64,000 bases of DNA from Planctomycetota bacterium. GTDB taxonomy: Bacteria; Planctomycetota; UBA1135; UBA2386. Both the position numbers and the translations under genes were made by a program. Of the stretch, positions 1 through 8,506 are shown piece by piece. The number at the start of each line of letters is the position of its first letter. Position 1 is the first letter of the stretch. The DNA lies in the NCBI GenBank assembly GCA_965223545.1, contig OZ245006.1, positions 6,944,001 through 7,008,000 of the forward strand. The letters are read 5' to 3'. Under the pieces are notes generated by a model, which was not told the DNA's origin, made no database searches, and saw only the letters and a program-made list of their open reading frames with translations.

Positions 1-1
1 C

Positions 2-154
2 CCGTGCCTGACCGGAGTCCGGGTCGAATGCCGCCTGATCAAGCGCGGCCGCACCATGTGCCTCGTGCAGGCCGACCTCTTCGACGACGCCGGCGCCCAC
101 GTCGCCGTCGCCCAGGTCAACTACATGCTGCTCCCCGACATGCCCCCCCGCTAG
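2..154 (+). CDS. PaaI/hotdog-fold thioesterase, 3' fragment cut by the window edge
   Basis: Frame 2 reads PCLTGVRVECRLIKRGRTMCLVQADLFDDAGAHVAVAQVNY...*, typical of a PaaI C-terminus; TAG at 152-154; not in the ORF track. Confidence 0.7.
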   Translation, partial: PCLTGVRVECRLIKRGRTMCLVQADLFDDAGAHVAVAQVNYMLLPDMPPR

Positions 155-157
155 CAC

Positions 158-208
158 GTACGGAGCCTGGCTCCAGTTCATCACCTCCCGCCACGCCTCC
201 CGCGGCCG
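158..208. repeat. Degenerate single arm of the GTAC-hairpin REP-like element
   Basis: gtacggagcctggctccagttcatcacctcccg... aligns with gtacggatccaggctcccattcatcacttcgcg... at 31197; contains hairpin GGAGCC-T-GGCTCC. Confidence 0.7.
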
Positions 209-273
209 CGTCCGAAAGCCCACCGGAATCGACCGCCGAAGCGTCCGACCGGCGCCGTTATGCTCGGCGTGCC

Positions 274-1761
274 ATGCCGATCGACGTCACGCAGACCCTG
301 CTCAAACGGCGCCGCACGAAGATCGTCGCCACCATCGGCCCCGCGTCGCAAGACGAGGCGCAGCTGCGGGCGCTGATCGAGGCCGGAGTCGACGTCGTGC
401 GCCTCAACATGTCGCACGGCAGCCCGGCGGCGCACCGGGCGGCAGCGGCTGGTGTCCGGCGGTTGGCGCGGGAGGCGGATGTTCCGGTCGCCCTCCTGGT
501 CGACCTGTGCGGGCCGAAGATCCGCACCGGTACGTTTCCGGGTGGAGCGATCGAGCTGCCCGCCGGCGGCCACGTTTGGGTCGAGGCCGGCGGCGCCGAT
601 GCGCGGGGCTCGCTCGAGCGCATCCCGATCCACTACGAGCGGCTGGCCCTCGACCTGGCTCCGGGCCACCGGCTGCTGCTCGACGATGGCCGCCTCGAGC
701 TGAGTGTCGAAGCGATCGATCGCGGCGCGGGTGCGGTGCGCTGCACGGTCGTGCACGGCGGCGTCCTGCGCGATCGCAAGGGGGTCAACTTTCCGGACAC
801 CGAGCTCTCGATCCCGTCCCTGACCGAGGCGGACCGCGCGGCGGTGGCGTTGGCGCGCGAGATCGAGGCGGAGCTCGTCGCCCTGTCGTTCGTGCGGGAG
901 GCGGAAGACCTGCACGCGCTCCGCGCCTGCGTCGACGACCCACAGGTCCGGCTCGTGGCGAAGATCGAGAAGCCCGAGGCGCTGGCGCAGATCGAAGAGA
1001 TCGTCGATGCCGCCGACGCCATCATGGTGGCGCGCGGCGACCTCGGCGTCGAAGTCCCCGCCGAGCAGGTTCCATCGATCCAGGACGAGCTCGTGCGGCT
1101 CGGCCGCGAGCGGCACAAGCCGGTCATCATCGCCACGCAGATGCTCGAGTCGATGCTGCGCGAGGCGCGGCCAACGCGCGCCGAGGTCGCCGACGTCGCG
1201 CACGCGGTCGGCAGCGGCACCGACGCCCTGATGCTCTCCGGCGAGACGGCGGTGGGGGAGCACCCGGTCGCGGCGGTGCAGATCATGGATCGCATCATCC
1301 GCCAGACCGAGGCCGGGCAGTGGTCCCGCAGCGGCTTCCGCAGCCTGACCGTGGACGACTCTCCGCCGCCGGACATGCACACCAACGTCGCGGTGGGGCG
1401 CGCGGTCGCCCAGCTGTCGCGCGACCTCGAGGCGCGTGCGGTGCTGGTGGTGTCGCGCACGGGCACTTCGACGCAGGTGATGAGCGCGGCCCGGCCCGCG
1501 GCCCCGCTGCTGGCGGTGACCTGCAGCGAACGCATCTGTCGGCTGATGAACCTGTGCTGGGGCGTGGTGCCGACCTGCGTGCCCGAGGCGGAGCTGGATC
1601 GCCCGGTTTCGCTGGTCCGCACGGTGGTCGCCCGGATGGGGCTGGGGGCGGCGGAAACGGCGGGCGGCCGAGCGCTGGTGGTGCGGGGATTCCGCGACCC
1701 GCCCGCCGAGAACCTGCCGTCGGTCGCGGTGGTCGAACTCGCCGGCCCACCGGCGGGCTGA
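274..1761 (+). CDS. pyk: Pyruvate kinase
   Basis: RRTKIVATIGPAS, RLNMSHG, GPKIRTG, AKIEK, MVARGDLGVE, ATQMLESM, MLSGETA; ATG at 274. Confidence 0.97.
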   Translation: MPIDVTQTLLKRRRTKIVATIGPASQDEAQLRALIEAGVDVVRLNMSHGSPAAHRAAAAGVRRLAREADVPVALLVDLCGPKIRTGTFPGGAIELPAGGHVWVEAGGADARGSLERIPIHYERLALDLAPGHRLLLDDGRLELSVEAIDRGAGAVRCTVVHGGVLRDRKGVNFPDTELSIPSLTEADRAAVALAREIEAELVALSFVREAEDLHALRACVDDPQVRLVAKIEKPEALAQIEEIVDAADAIMVARGDLGVEVPAEQVPSIQDELVRLGRERHKPVIIATQMLESMLREARPTRAEVADVAHAVGSGTDALMLSGETAVGEHPVAAVQIMDRIIRQTEAGQWSRSGFRSLTVDDSPPPDMHTNVAVGRAVAQLSRDLEARAVLVVSRTGTSTQVMSAARPAAPLLAVTCSERICRLMNLCWGVVPTCVPEAELDRPVSLVRTVVARMGLGAAETAGGRALVVRGFRDPPAENLPSVAVVELAGPPAG

Positions 1762-1860
1762 TTTTTTTCGCGCAGGTGTTTCGTCGGCGGGCCGTCGAAC
1801 GCTCTATCCAGTGGCGCGGGGAGCATGGGCCCGCGCCACGAGAGAGAACGAGGCAACGAG

Positions 1861-1902
1861 AGGCGCGCGACACCCGGGGGGGTGTCGCGCGCCTTCTTTT
1901 TT
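1861..1902 (+). terminator. Intrinsic terminator-like hairpin
   Basis: 14-bp stem aggcgcgcgacacc/ggtgtcgcgcgcct followed by tctttttt. Confidence 0.75.
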
Positions 1903-1970
1903 CGCCGCGGCGCGGTTTTCTGCGCGGTGAGCGGAGTCTCGGTCGGCATCAGGGGTTCCGAGTGCAACCC

Positions 1971-4526
1971 ATGTCTTCCCTCAGCCAATCGGTCGATCCC
2001 GCCCTTGCCGACGCGGATTGGGTGCGCGCGCTGGCCCTGCGCATGGTGTGCGACGCCGCCGAGGCCGACGATCTGGCGCAGGAGACCCTGCTCGCGGCCT
2101 GGGCGTCGCAGGCACCACGCCGCTCGTTGCGGCGCCGGTTCCTGGCCGCCGTGCTGCGCAACGTGGTGCGGCAGTCACGCCGATCGGCCGCCCGCCGCGG
2201 CCGCCGCGAGCGCGCCTGTGCGGTCCCGGAGGTGGATTTCGCCGGCGATCCGGTCGACGTCGCCGCGCAGCTCGAGCGCCATCGCGAGGTCGTCGATGCG
2301 GTCGAGGCGCTGGCCGAGCCATATCGCACCGCGGTGTGGCTCAGGTTCTTCGAGGATCTCCCGCCGCGCAGCATCGCCGAGCGGCTACAGGTCCCGGTCA
2401 AGACGGTCGACTCGCGCCTGCACCGCGGTTTGGCGCAGCTGCGGGCGCGTCTGGGTGGCAGTCGCGCGTGGGCGGCACTCTGGATGCCGTTGGCATGGGG
2501 CAACCGCCCGCCAACGGCGGTGGCGTGTCTCGGAACGGCATTGGTGGTCTCGATGAGTTTGAAGGTCAAGTTGTGGGCCGCCGCCGCGGTGGCGGTGATC
2601 GGTGCGTCCTGGTTCCTGGTCGGTGGGGAGGCGGCCGGTTCCGAGGCCGGGCAGCGGCCCGCGGTCGACCGTCCGCGCTCGACTGCACGTGCTGGCGGTG
2701 GTGGCGCGCCGGCCGGGGGCTCTCCCGCGCGCCAGTCGGTGGTGCCGCGGTCGACCACTTCGGCGGCGCGCGCGCCGGTCCCGATGCGCGCCCTGCGCGC
2801 CCGCGTTCTCGACGTCGAAGCGGCGCCACTGGCGGGCGTCGAGGTGCGGTTCTCGCCGACCGGCGGGGGCGAAGAGACCAGCATGATCAGCGATGGCCAG
2901 GGCTGGCTGGCGGCCGACGTGCGCGATGTGCGTGGCGTCCTCCGGCCCGCCGACGTGGCGTGGGTCGCGGTCATGGAGGGCGCGGTCGTGCCGCTCTCCG
3001 AAGTTCCCCCGGTCGTGGTCCTGGCCCGCGCCCTCGATCTGGCCGGCACGGTGGTCGACGGCGCGGGCACGCCAGTGACCGGCGCCAGCGTCTCGGTCGA
3101 GCTACCGGTCGACTTCGCGCCGCGCTTCGCGGTCGCGCTCGACAACGCGATCCGTCGCCAATGGCGCACGACGACCGCGGCGGAGGGGGGCTTTGCCCTG
3201 GCGCGCGTGCCGGCGGTCGCGGGTGCGGTGGTCGAGGTCGTGCACCGCGATTATCGAAAGGTCGAACAGGAGCTGCCCGCCGGATCGGACCCGGCGATGT
3301 GGATCACCTTGACGCCGCGGGATGTCGGCGATCGGTTGGCGGGTCGCGTGCTGTTGCCGGACGGTGCCCCGGCATCGGAAGCGCGCGTCGCGATCGGCAT
3401 GCACGCCGTCGAGACCGATGTCCGCGGCGTGTTCGAGCTCGACCTGGCCCGTCGCTGGAGTCCGCAGCACCGAGTCGTCGCGGTGCAGGCGGGCTACCTG
3501 CCCGCCTACGCCGAACGACCGGCGGACACCGGCGAGTGGCCGGACTATCTGGAGCTGCGGCTCGGCGGTCCCCCGCTTTCGATCTCGGGTCGCGTGGTGC
3601 GACCCGACGGCCAGCCCGTGCAGGGGGCCTCGGTTTGGATCGCGGACCCGACGTCGTTCGGCGCGGTCCTCGGCGTGCCTGCGCAGGTCGAGAGCTTGAG
3701 TGCCGGCGTGGCGCCGCCGCCGCGTCCGTACGGGGACGGCAGTCCACCACGCGGTCAGCTCGACCTGACGATCCCCCAGTCGACTCCCAACCTCGTCTGG
3801 GCTTGGGTCACGACGGATGCCGCCGGCCGCTTCGAGCTGCCCGGGCTCGCGCCGCGCAGCTATCGCGTGGCCGCGATGCATCGCGAGACCCTGCAGCTGG
3901 TCGAGCAGAGCGACGTCGCCGCCGGCAGCGCGGGCATCGAGCTCGTGCTCGCCGAGGGCGCGCTCCACGAGCAGGTTCGCGGCCGGCTGCTGTCGCAGGC
4001 GGGGCGGCCGTTGGCCGGGCTGCGGGTCAGGGTCGTGCGGCGCAGCTTCGAGCACGTGGTCGCCGCCGAGAGTGGCACGCTGGACATCGGCATGATGTCG
4101 AACGCGGGCAGTGCTGTGAGCGACGCCGAGGGGCGGTTCGAGCTGCGCGAAGTGCCCAAGCAGGGAGTGTTCCTCTACATCGTCGGCGATCACGTCGTCG
4201 AGCACACCCACTTCGTCGAGGCAGATGATGGTGACGGCGAGCTCGAGGTCCGGCTGACCGCCACCGGCAACGTCCGCGTGGAGACCGCGCTTCAAGCCGA
4301 TGCGGTCGGGCTCGCCGATGCCGACGGGCGTCGGCTGGACGTGGTCGAGCGTTCGGCGGGAGGCGGGGTCAACGCCTGGTTGAGCGTTCCGCTCGTCGAT
4401 GGCCGGAGCTCGATCTTCGCCGCGCCCGAGCACGCGGCATTCGTGATCCTGTTCTCGGAGGGAGTGGAGGTCGGTCGATTGCCGCTCAACGTCGTGCCGG
4501 GGTCGCTGACGCGCGTCGGCCAGTAG
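1971..4526 (+). CDS. ECF sigma-70 factor fused to a TM segment and carboxypeptidase-regulatory-like beta-sandwich repeats
   Basis: Region 2 AEADDLAQETLLAAW, region 4 LAEPYRTAVWLRFFEDL..IAERLQVPVKTVDSRLHRG, hydrophobic LWAAAAVAVIGASWFLV, repeated GRVV-xxDG-xPV-xGA / TDxxGRFEL units. Confidence 0.88.
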   Translation: MSSLSQSVDPALADADWVRALALRMVCDAAEADDLAQETLLAAWASQAPRRSLRRRFLAAVLRNVVRQSRRSAARRGRRERACAVPEVDFAGDPVDVAAQLERHREVVDAVEALAEPYRTAVWLRFFEDLPPRSIAERLQVPVKTVDSRLHRGLAQLRARLGGSRAWAALWMPLAWGNRPPTAVACLGTALVVSMSLKVKLWAAAAVAVIGASWFLVGGEAAGSEAGQRPAVDRPRSTARAGGGGAPAGGSPARQSVVPRSTTSAARAPVPMRALRARVLDVEAAPLAGVEVRFSPTGGGEETSMISDGQGWLAADVRDVRGVLRPADVAWVAVMEGAVVPLSEVPPVVVLARALDLAGTVVDGAGTPVTGASVSVELPVDFAPRFAVALDNAIRRQWRTTTAAEGGFALARVPAVAGAVVEVVHRDYRKVEQELPAGSDPAMWITLTPRDVGDRLAGRVLLPDGAPASEARVAIGMHAVETDVRGVFELDLARRWSPQHRVVAVQAGYLPAYAERPADTGEWPDYLELRLGGPPLSISGRVVRPDGQPVQGASVWIADPTSFGAVLGVPAQVESLSAGVAPPPRPYGDGSPPRGQLDLTIPQSTPNLVWAWVTTDAAGRFELPGLAPRSYRVAAMHRETLQLVEQSDVAAGSAGIELVLAEGALHEQVRGRLLSQAGRPLAGLRVRVVRRSFEHVVAAESGTLDIGMMSNAGSAVSDAEGRFELREVPKQGVFLYIVGDHVVEHTHFVEADDGDGELEVRLTATGNVRVETALQADAVGLADADGRRLDVVERSAGGGVNAWLSVPLVDGRSSIFAAPEHAAFVILFSEGVEVGRLPLNVVPGSLTRVGQ

Positions 4527-4539
4527 CCGCGGCGGCGCC

Positions 4540-6072
4540 CTACTGCCGCCGGCGTCGGATCTTGCTCAGGTCCAAACTGCGCTTGCCGCCGGCAGGTCGT
4601 GGTGTGGCCGGCGCCAGCGTCTCGCGCAACAACCGCAAAGTCGTGTCGCGGTGGCGCAGCACCTGCCGGAGGAGGGTCTGCCAGCGTTGGTCGATGCGCT
4701 GCACGGTCGCGGCCTCGAACAGATCGGTATCGTACTCCCAGTAGCCGGTCAGGTGGTCCGGGGTCTCGTCCAGGATCAGCGCGATGTCGAACCGTGCGTT
4801 GCGCGGATCGACGATCTCGTAGCTCGACTCGACCTCGGGCAGGCGGATCGGTGCCAGCAGGTTCTTCATCGGCGCGATCCAGGCGTGGATCAGCGGCGCC
4901 TCGGCGGCGGTCGCGCCGGGGCGCACCGCCTGGAAGATCCGGTCGAACGGCACCTCTTCGTGGGTCGCGACCTCCAGCGCCGTGCGCTGTGCGCGGCGAA
5001 TGAGCTCGGCGAAGTCGGGGTTGCCGCCGAGGTCGAGGCGCAGGATCAACGTCTGCACGAAGAATCCGATCAACGGCTCGAGCTCGGTGCGGCCGCGGAT
5101 CGAGCTCGGCGTACCGATCACCATGTCGGTCTGCCCCGAGTAGCTGTGCCACAGCGCGAAGTACGACGCGAGCAGCACCCAGTTGGAGGTGACGCGCTCG
5201 CGCTTGCAGTACTCCTGCAAGGCCTCGAACAGAGCGGGTTCCAGTCGCAGCCGGTGGAATGCGCCGTGCGGCGCCGCCCGCCCGCCATCGGGGTCCGCCC
5301 GCTGCCGCGGGTCGGGGCGCGGCCGATCGGTCGGCAGCTCGATCATCGGCAGCGCGCCACCGAGGTAGCGCCGCCAAAACGGGAGCTTCTTCGCAATGCG
5401 ATCCTCGTCGACCGTGTCGCGTTCCCAGGCGGCGTAGTCGGCGAACTGGATCGACAGCGGCGGTAGGGTGACGTCCGCGCCGCGTTCGTCGGCGTGGTAC
5501 AGCTTGCCGAGCTCGTCGAAGAAGATCGTGTAGGCGACGCCGTCGGAGACGATGTGGTGCATCGTCAACCCGAACTCGCAGGCGTCGTCGGCCAGGAGCG
5601 CCAGCGTCGTGCGGATCAGCGGCGGCGCGTCCAGGCGAAACGGGCCGCGGGCTTCTTCGAGCCACAGCGACGTCCGCGCCTCGCTCTGCCGCTCGGCGTC
5701 GAGCGCGCGCAGATCCTCGACCCGCAGAGGTACTTCCAACGCCGGTAGGATGCGCTGCCGCGGCGCGCCGTCGCGTACCACGAACGACGTGCGCAGCACC
5801 GTGTGCCGCTCGACGATCCGCCCGATGCAGCGCCGCAGCCGGTCCGGATCGAGGCGCCGCCCGCGCAGATGGACGGTCAGCGTGTCGTTGTACTCGGAGG
5901 ATTGCGGATCCAGCTGCTGCACGAACCACATGCGGTGCTGGCCGTAGCTGAGCGGCGCCTCGGCGGTGGGGTCGGCGCGCGATGGGATGCCGGGCGGCGC
6001 CTGCTTGGTGATGCCCTTGGCCTCGAGCATCTGCTGGAGCAGTTTGAGCTTGTCCTTGCTGGGGCCTGCCAT
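4540..6072 (-). CDS. Stand-alone NRPS condensation domain protein (LCL-like), 510 aa
   Basis: LSYGQHRMWF, RHTVLRTSF, HHIVSDG (HHxxxDG), QFADYAAW, LPTDRPRP, IGFFVQTL, YDTDLF; no A or T domain. Confidence 0.92.
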   Translation of the reverse strand: MAGPSKDKLKLLQQMLEAKGITKQAPPGIPSRADPTAEAPLSYGQHRMWFVQQLDPQSSEYNDTLTVHLRGRRLDPDRLRRCIGRIVERHTVLRTSFVVRDGAPRQRILPALEVPLRVEDLRALDAERQSEARTSLWLEEARGPFRLDAPPLIRTTLALLADDACEFGLTMHHIVSDGVAYTIFFDELGKLYHADERGADVTLPPLSIQFADYAAWERDTVDEDRIAKKLPFWRRYLGGALPMIELPTDRPRPDPRQRADPDGGRAAPHGAFHRLRLEPALFEALQEYCKRERVTSNWVLLASYFALWHSYSGQTDMVIGTPSSIRGRTELEPLIGFFVQTLILRLDLGGNPDFAELIRRAQRTALEVATHEEVPFDRIFQAVRPGATAAEAPLIHAWIAPMKNLLAPIRLPEVESSYEIVDPRNARFDIALILDETPDHLTGYWEYDTDLFEAATVQRIDQRWQTLLRQVLRHRDTTLRLLRETLAPATPRPAGGKRSLDLSKIRRRRQ

Positions 6073-6139
6073 GCCGAGTGGTCTCGTCGCGACTGTAGCG
6101 GACTCGGTATAACCGGGGCACGCCAAAGCGGCACCGACC

Positions 6140-8506
6140 ATGCTTCTTCTTCGCTCGCTGTTCGCCGGACTCGTCCTCGCTTGCGTCGCTCGTGCGCAGC
6201 TCGAAGGCGGCGTCGTCGCCCTGCACCAGGCCTGTCTGGACGCCACCACCGACGCCCTGGTGCTCAACATCGCCGCGCATCCCGACGATGAAGCCGACCG
6301 CACGCTGACCTGGTTGCGGCATCGGCTCGGAGTGCGCACGGTCACCGCCTACACGACGTGTGGACAGGGCGGCCAGAACGCGATCGGCGCCGACATCGGC
6401 CCCGCTCTGGCGCGCATTCGCGTGCGCGAGACCCTCGCCGCGGCGCGCCACACCGGCGTCGCGGTGCGATGGCTCGGCTTCCCCGATTTCGGCTACTCGA
6501 AGACGCTGGCGGAGACGGTGGCGTTCTGGGGCGAGCAGGAGCTGTTGGCGCGCATGCGTCGCTTGGTCGCCGAGCTGGGCCCGGATGCCGTGCTCACCAA
6601 CCACGGCTTGCGCCGCGGGCATGGCCATCACCGGGCCTCCGCCTTCGCCATCGAGACGGTGCTGGGAGAGGTGTGGGATGCCGGTGGATCGGTGCCGTTG
6701 TGGAACCGGGAGTTCGGCGTTCTGCGCCGCCCAGACTGGGAGTGCGACCCGTTCGAGTTCGACCCGGTGCGCGGCGCCACCTACGCGCGGCAGGCGAGCG
6801 ATGGGCGTCACCAACACCGCACCCAGGGTCCCTGGCGCCCCCACGATCCGCGGCGCACCCGGCGCGATCGGTGGCGGCTGCAGTTTCCGCGCCTGCGGGG
6901 GGTGGCGCCCTCGCCGCTGGCGCACTTCGGCTCGCTGCTCGAAGAGGATGAGTTCCGCACGGCTTGGGCGGCGAGTGGCGGTGATCTCGGGGCGCTGCAG
7001 GCGGCGTTCGACGGCTTCGCGGCTCGGCGTGGGGCGGAAGAGCACGTCGCCGCCGCCAGCCGGCTGTTGCGGCAGCTGCGCCCGTTGCGCGAGCGGCTGA
7101 CCGAAGCCGGCGCCGCGCGGCGCCGCCTCGACCGGCGGCTCGACGCGCTCGAACGCGTCGTCCTCGCGGGTCGCGGCATCGGGGTCGAGGCGTTCGTCGA
7201 CCCGCCGCGGTTGGCCCGCGGCAGCCGGGGGACCGTGCGCGTGCTGGTGCACGCGGCGTCGCCCGACGACGTCGAGGCGGTCGGCGCGACCTGCCGCGGC
7301 GCGGCGGCGGAGGCGGTGTCCGTCGAGGGACGGGGGCGGCACTGGCTGCAGGTCGAGTTCGATGCCGGCGATCCCCGCTACAACTCGTCCTCGACCAACG
7401 ACTACGAGCCGGAGTGGGTCGAGGTCGCGGTGGCGCTGCGGGTCGCCGGTCTGCCGATCGTCCGTCACATGGCCTTGGCCGCCGAGTTGGAGCCGGGGAC
7501 CGAGCTGCGATGGTCGCAGCCCAGCCTGCTCGTGCGCGCGGGTGATCCAGCGGCTCGATCGATCGCCCTGCAGATGCGCCACGAGGGTGACGAAGTGCTG
7601 CACGCCGAGGTCGGCTTGGAGTTGCCGGTCGGGGTGCGGGCCACGGTGACGCCGGCCCGCGTCGAGCTGTCGCCGGCCCGCCCGACCCAGCAGCTGTCGG
7701 TGCAGCTCGAGAGCGGAGCGATGGCCGCCGGACGGGGGGTGGTGCGCGCCCGCGCCGCCGGCGCAGAGGCCGCACTGGATCTCGTCGCCGTGCCGCTCGC
7801 GGTGCCACCTCAGCTGCGGGTCGGCCTGGTGCGCGGTCCGGACGACACCTTGCTGCGCGCGCTGAAAGGCTTGGGGGTCGCCGTCGTCGAGCTCGACCGC
7901 GCCGCGCTCGATGCCACCAGCTGGCAGCAGTTGTCGACGGTCGTGCTCGACATCCGCGCCTACTACCACCGGCCGGAGCTGGCCCGTCACAGGGAGCGTT
8001 TGCTGGCGTTCTGCGCCGCCGGCGGTCGGGTGGTCAGCTTCTACCACAAGCCCGGCGAGTGGAACGCGGCCGAGGGGCGTCCACTGTTGGCGCCCTACGC
8101 GCTGCGCGTCGGCAACGCGCGGGTCAGCGAAGAGGACGCCGTCGTCACTCTGCTGCGGCCCGAGCATCCGCTGTGGAGTTGGCCGTCGTCGATCACCAAG
8201 CGTGACTTCGACGGCTGGGTGCAGGAGCGCGGGCTCAACTACCCGGTCGAGTGGGCTCCCGAGTGGGTGCCGTTGATCGCCGCCGCGGACCGCGGCGAGC
8301 GGCGGCTCGACACCGGCCTGCTCTACGCCCGGCACGGAGCCGGCGATTTCGTCTACTGCTCCCTAGCGCTCTACCGCCAGCTGCGCGCCGGCCACCCAGG
8401 CGCCGCCCGGATCGCGATCAACCTGCTGTGTCCACCGCCCCGCCGCGTGGCTGCTACTGCACGATCTTCTGTCCGGCCTCCTGCCAGTCCAGAATCCCAC
8501 CGCTGA
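6140..8506 (+). CDS. Exported PIG-L/LmbE-family deacetylase with C-terminal accessory domains
   Basis: Signal peptide, AAHPDDE, RVRE, DFGYSK, HGHH; C-terminal FDGWVQERG...LYRQL typical of long LmbE proteins. Confidence 0.88.
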   Translation: MLLLRSLFAGLVLACVARAQLEGGVVALHQACLDATTDALVLNIAAHPDDEADRTLTWLRHRLGVRTVTAYTTCGQGGQNAIGADIGPALARIRVRETLAAARHTGVAVRWLGFPDFGYSKTLAETVAFWGEQELLARMRRLVAELGPDAVLTNHGLRRGHGHHRASAFAIETVLGEVWDAGGSVPLWNREFGVLRRPDWECDPFEFDPVRGATYARQASDGRHQHRTQGPWRPHDPRRTRRDRWRLQFPRLRGVAPSPLAHFGSLLEEDEFRTAWAASGGDLGALQAAFDGFAARRGAEEHVAAASRLLRQLRPLRERLTEAGAARRRLDRRLDALERVVLAGRGIGVEAFVDPPRLARGSRGTVRVLVHAASPDDVEAVGATCRGAAAEAVSVEGRGRHWLQVEFDAGDPRYNSSSTNDYEPEWVEVAVALRVAGLPIVRHMALAAELEPGTELRWSQPSLLVRAGDPAARSIALQMRHEGDEVLHAEVGLELPVGVRATVTPARVELSPARPTQQLSVQLESGAMAAGRGVVRARAAGAEAALDLVAVPLAVPPQLRVGLVRGPDDTLLRALKGLGVAVVELDRAALDATSWQQLSTVVLDIRAYYHRPELARHRERLLAFCAAGGRVVSFYHKPGEWNAAEGRPLLAPYALRVGNARVSEEDAVVTLLRPEHPLWSWPSSITKRDFDGWVQERGLNYPVEWAPEWVPLIAAADRGERRLDTGLLYARHGAGDFVYCSLALYRQLRAGHPGAARIAINLLCPPPRRVAATARSSVRPPASPESHR

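Noticed and set aside
4..273. 90-aa N-terminal extension of pyruvate kinase
   Set aside because: Overlaps the PaaI 3' end and the REP arm; homology starts just after ATG 274
507..1970. 1339-aa version of the ECF fusion
   Set aside because: Upstream part overlaps pyk out of frame and crosses a terminator; start placed at 1971
4540..6072. Complete NRPS gene cluster
   Set aside because: No adenylation, carrier or thioesterase domains in the window
4292..8335. Very long alternative-frame or antisense ORFs (also 10888-13389, 11088-13334, 31297-34812, 35764-38373, 58668-60974)
   Set aside because: Arg/Pro/Ala-rich shadows of real genes; stop codons are scarce at this GC content and no motifs are present
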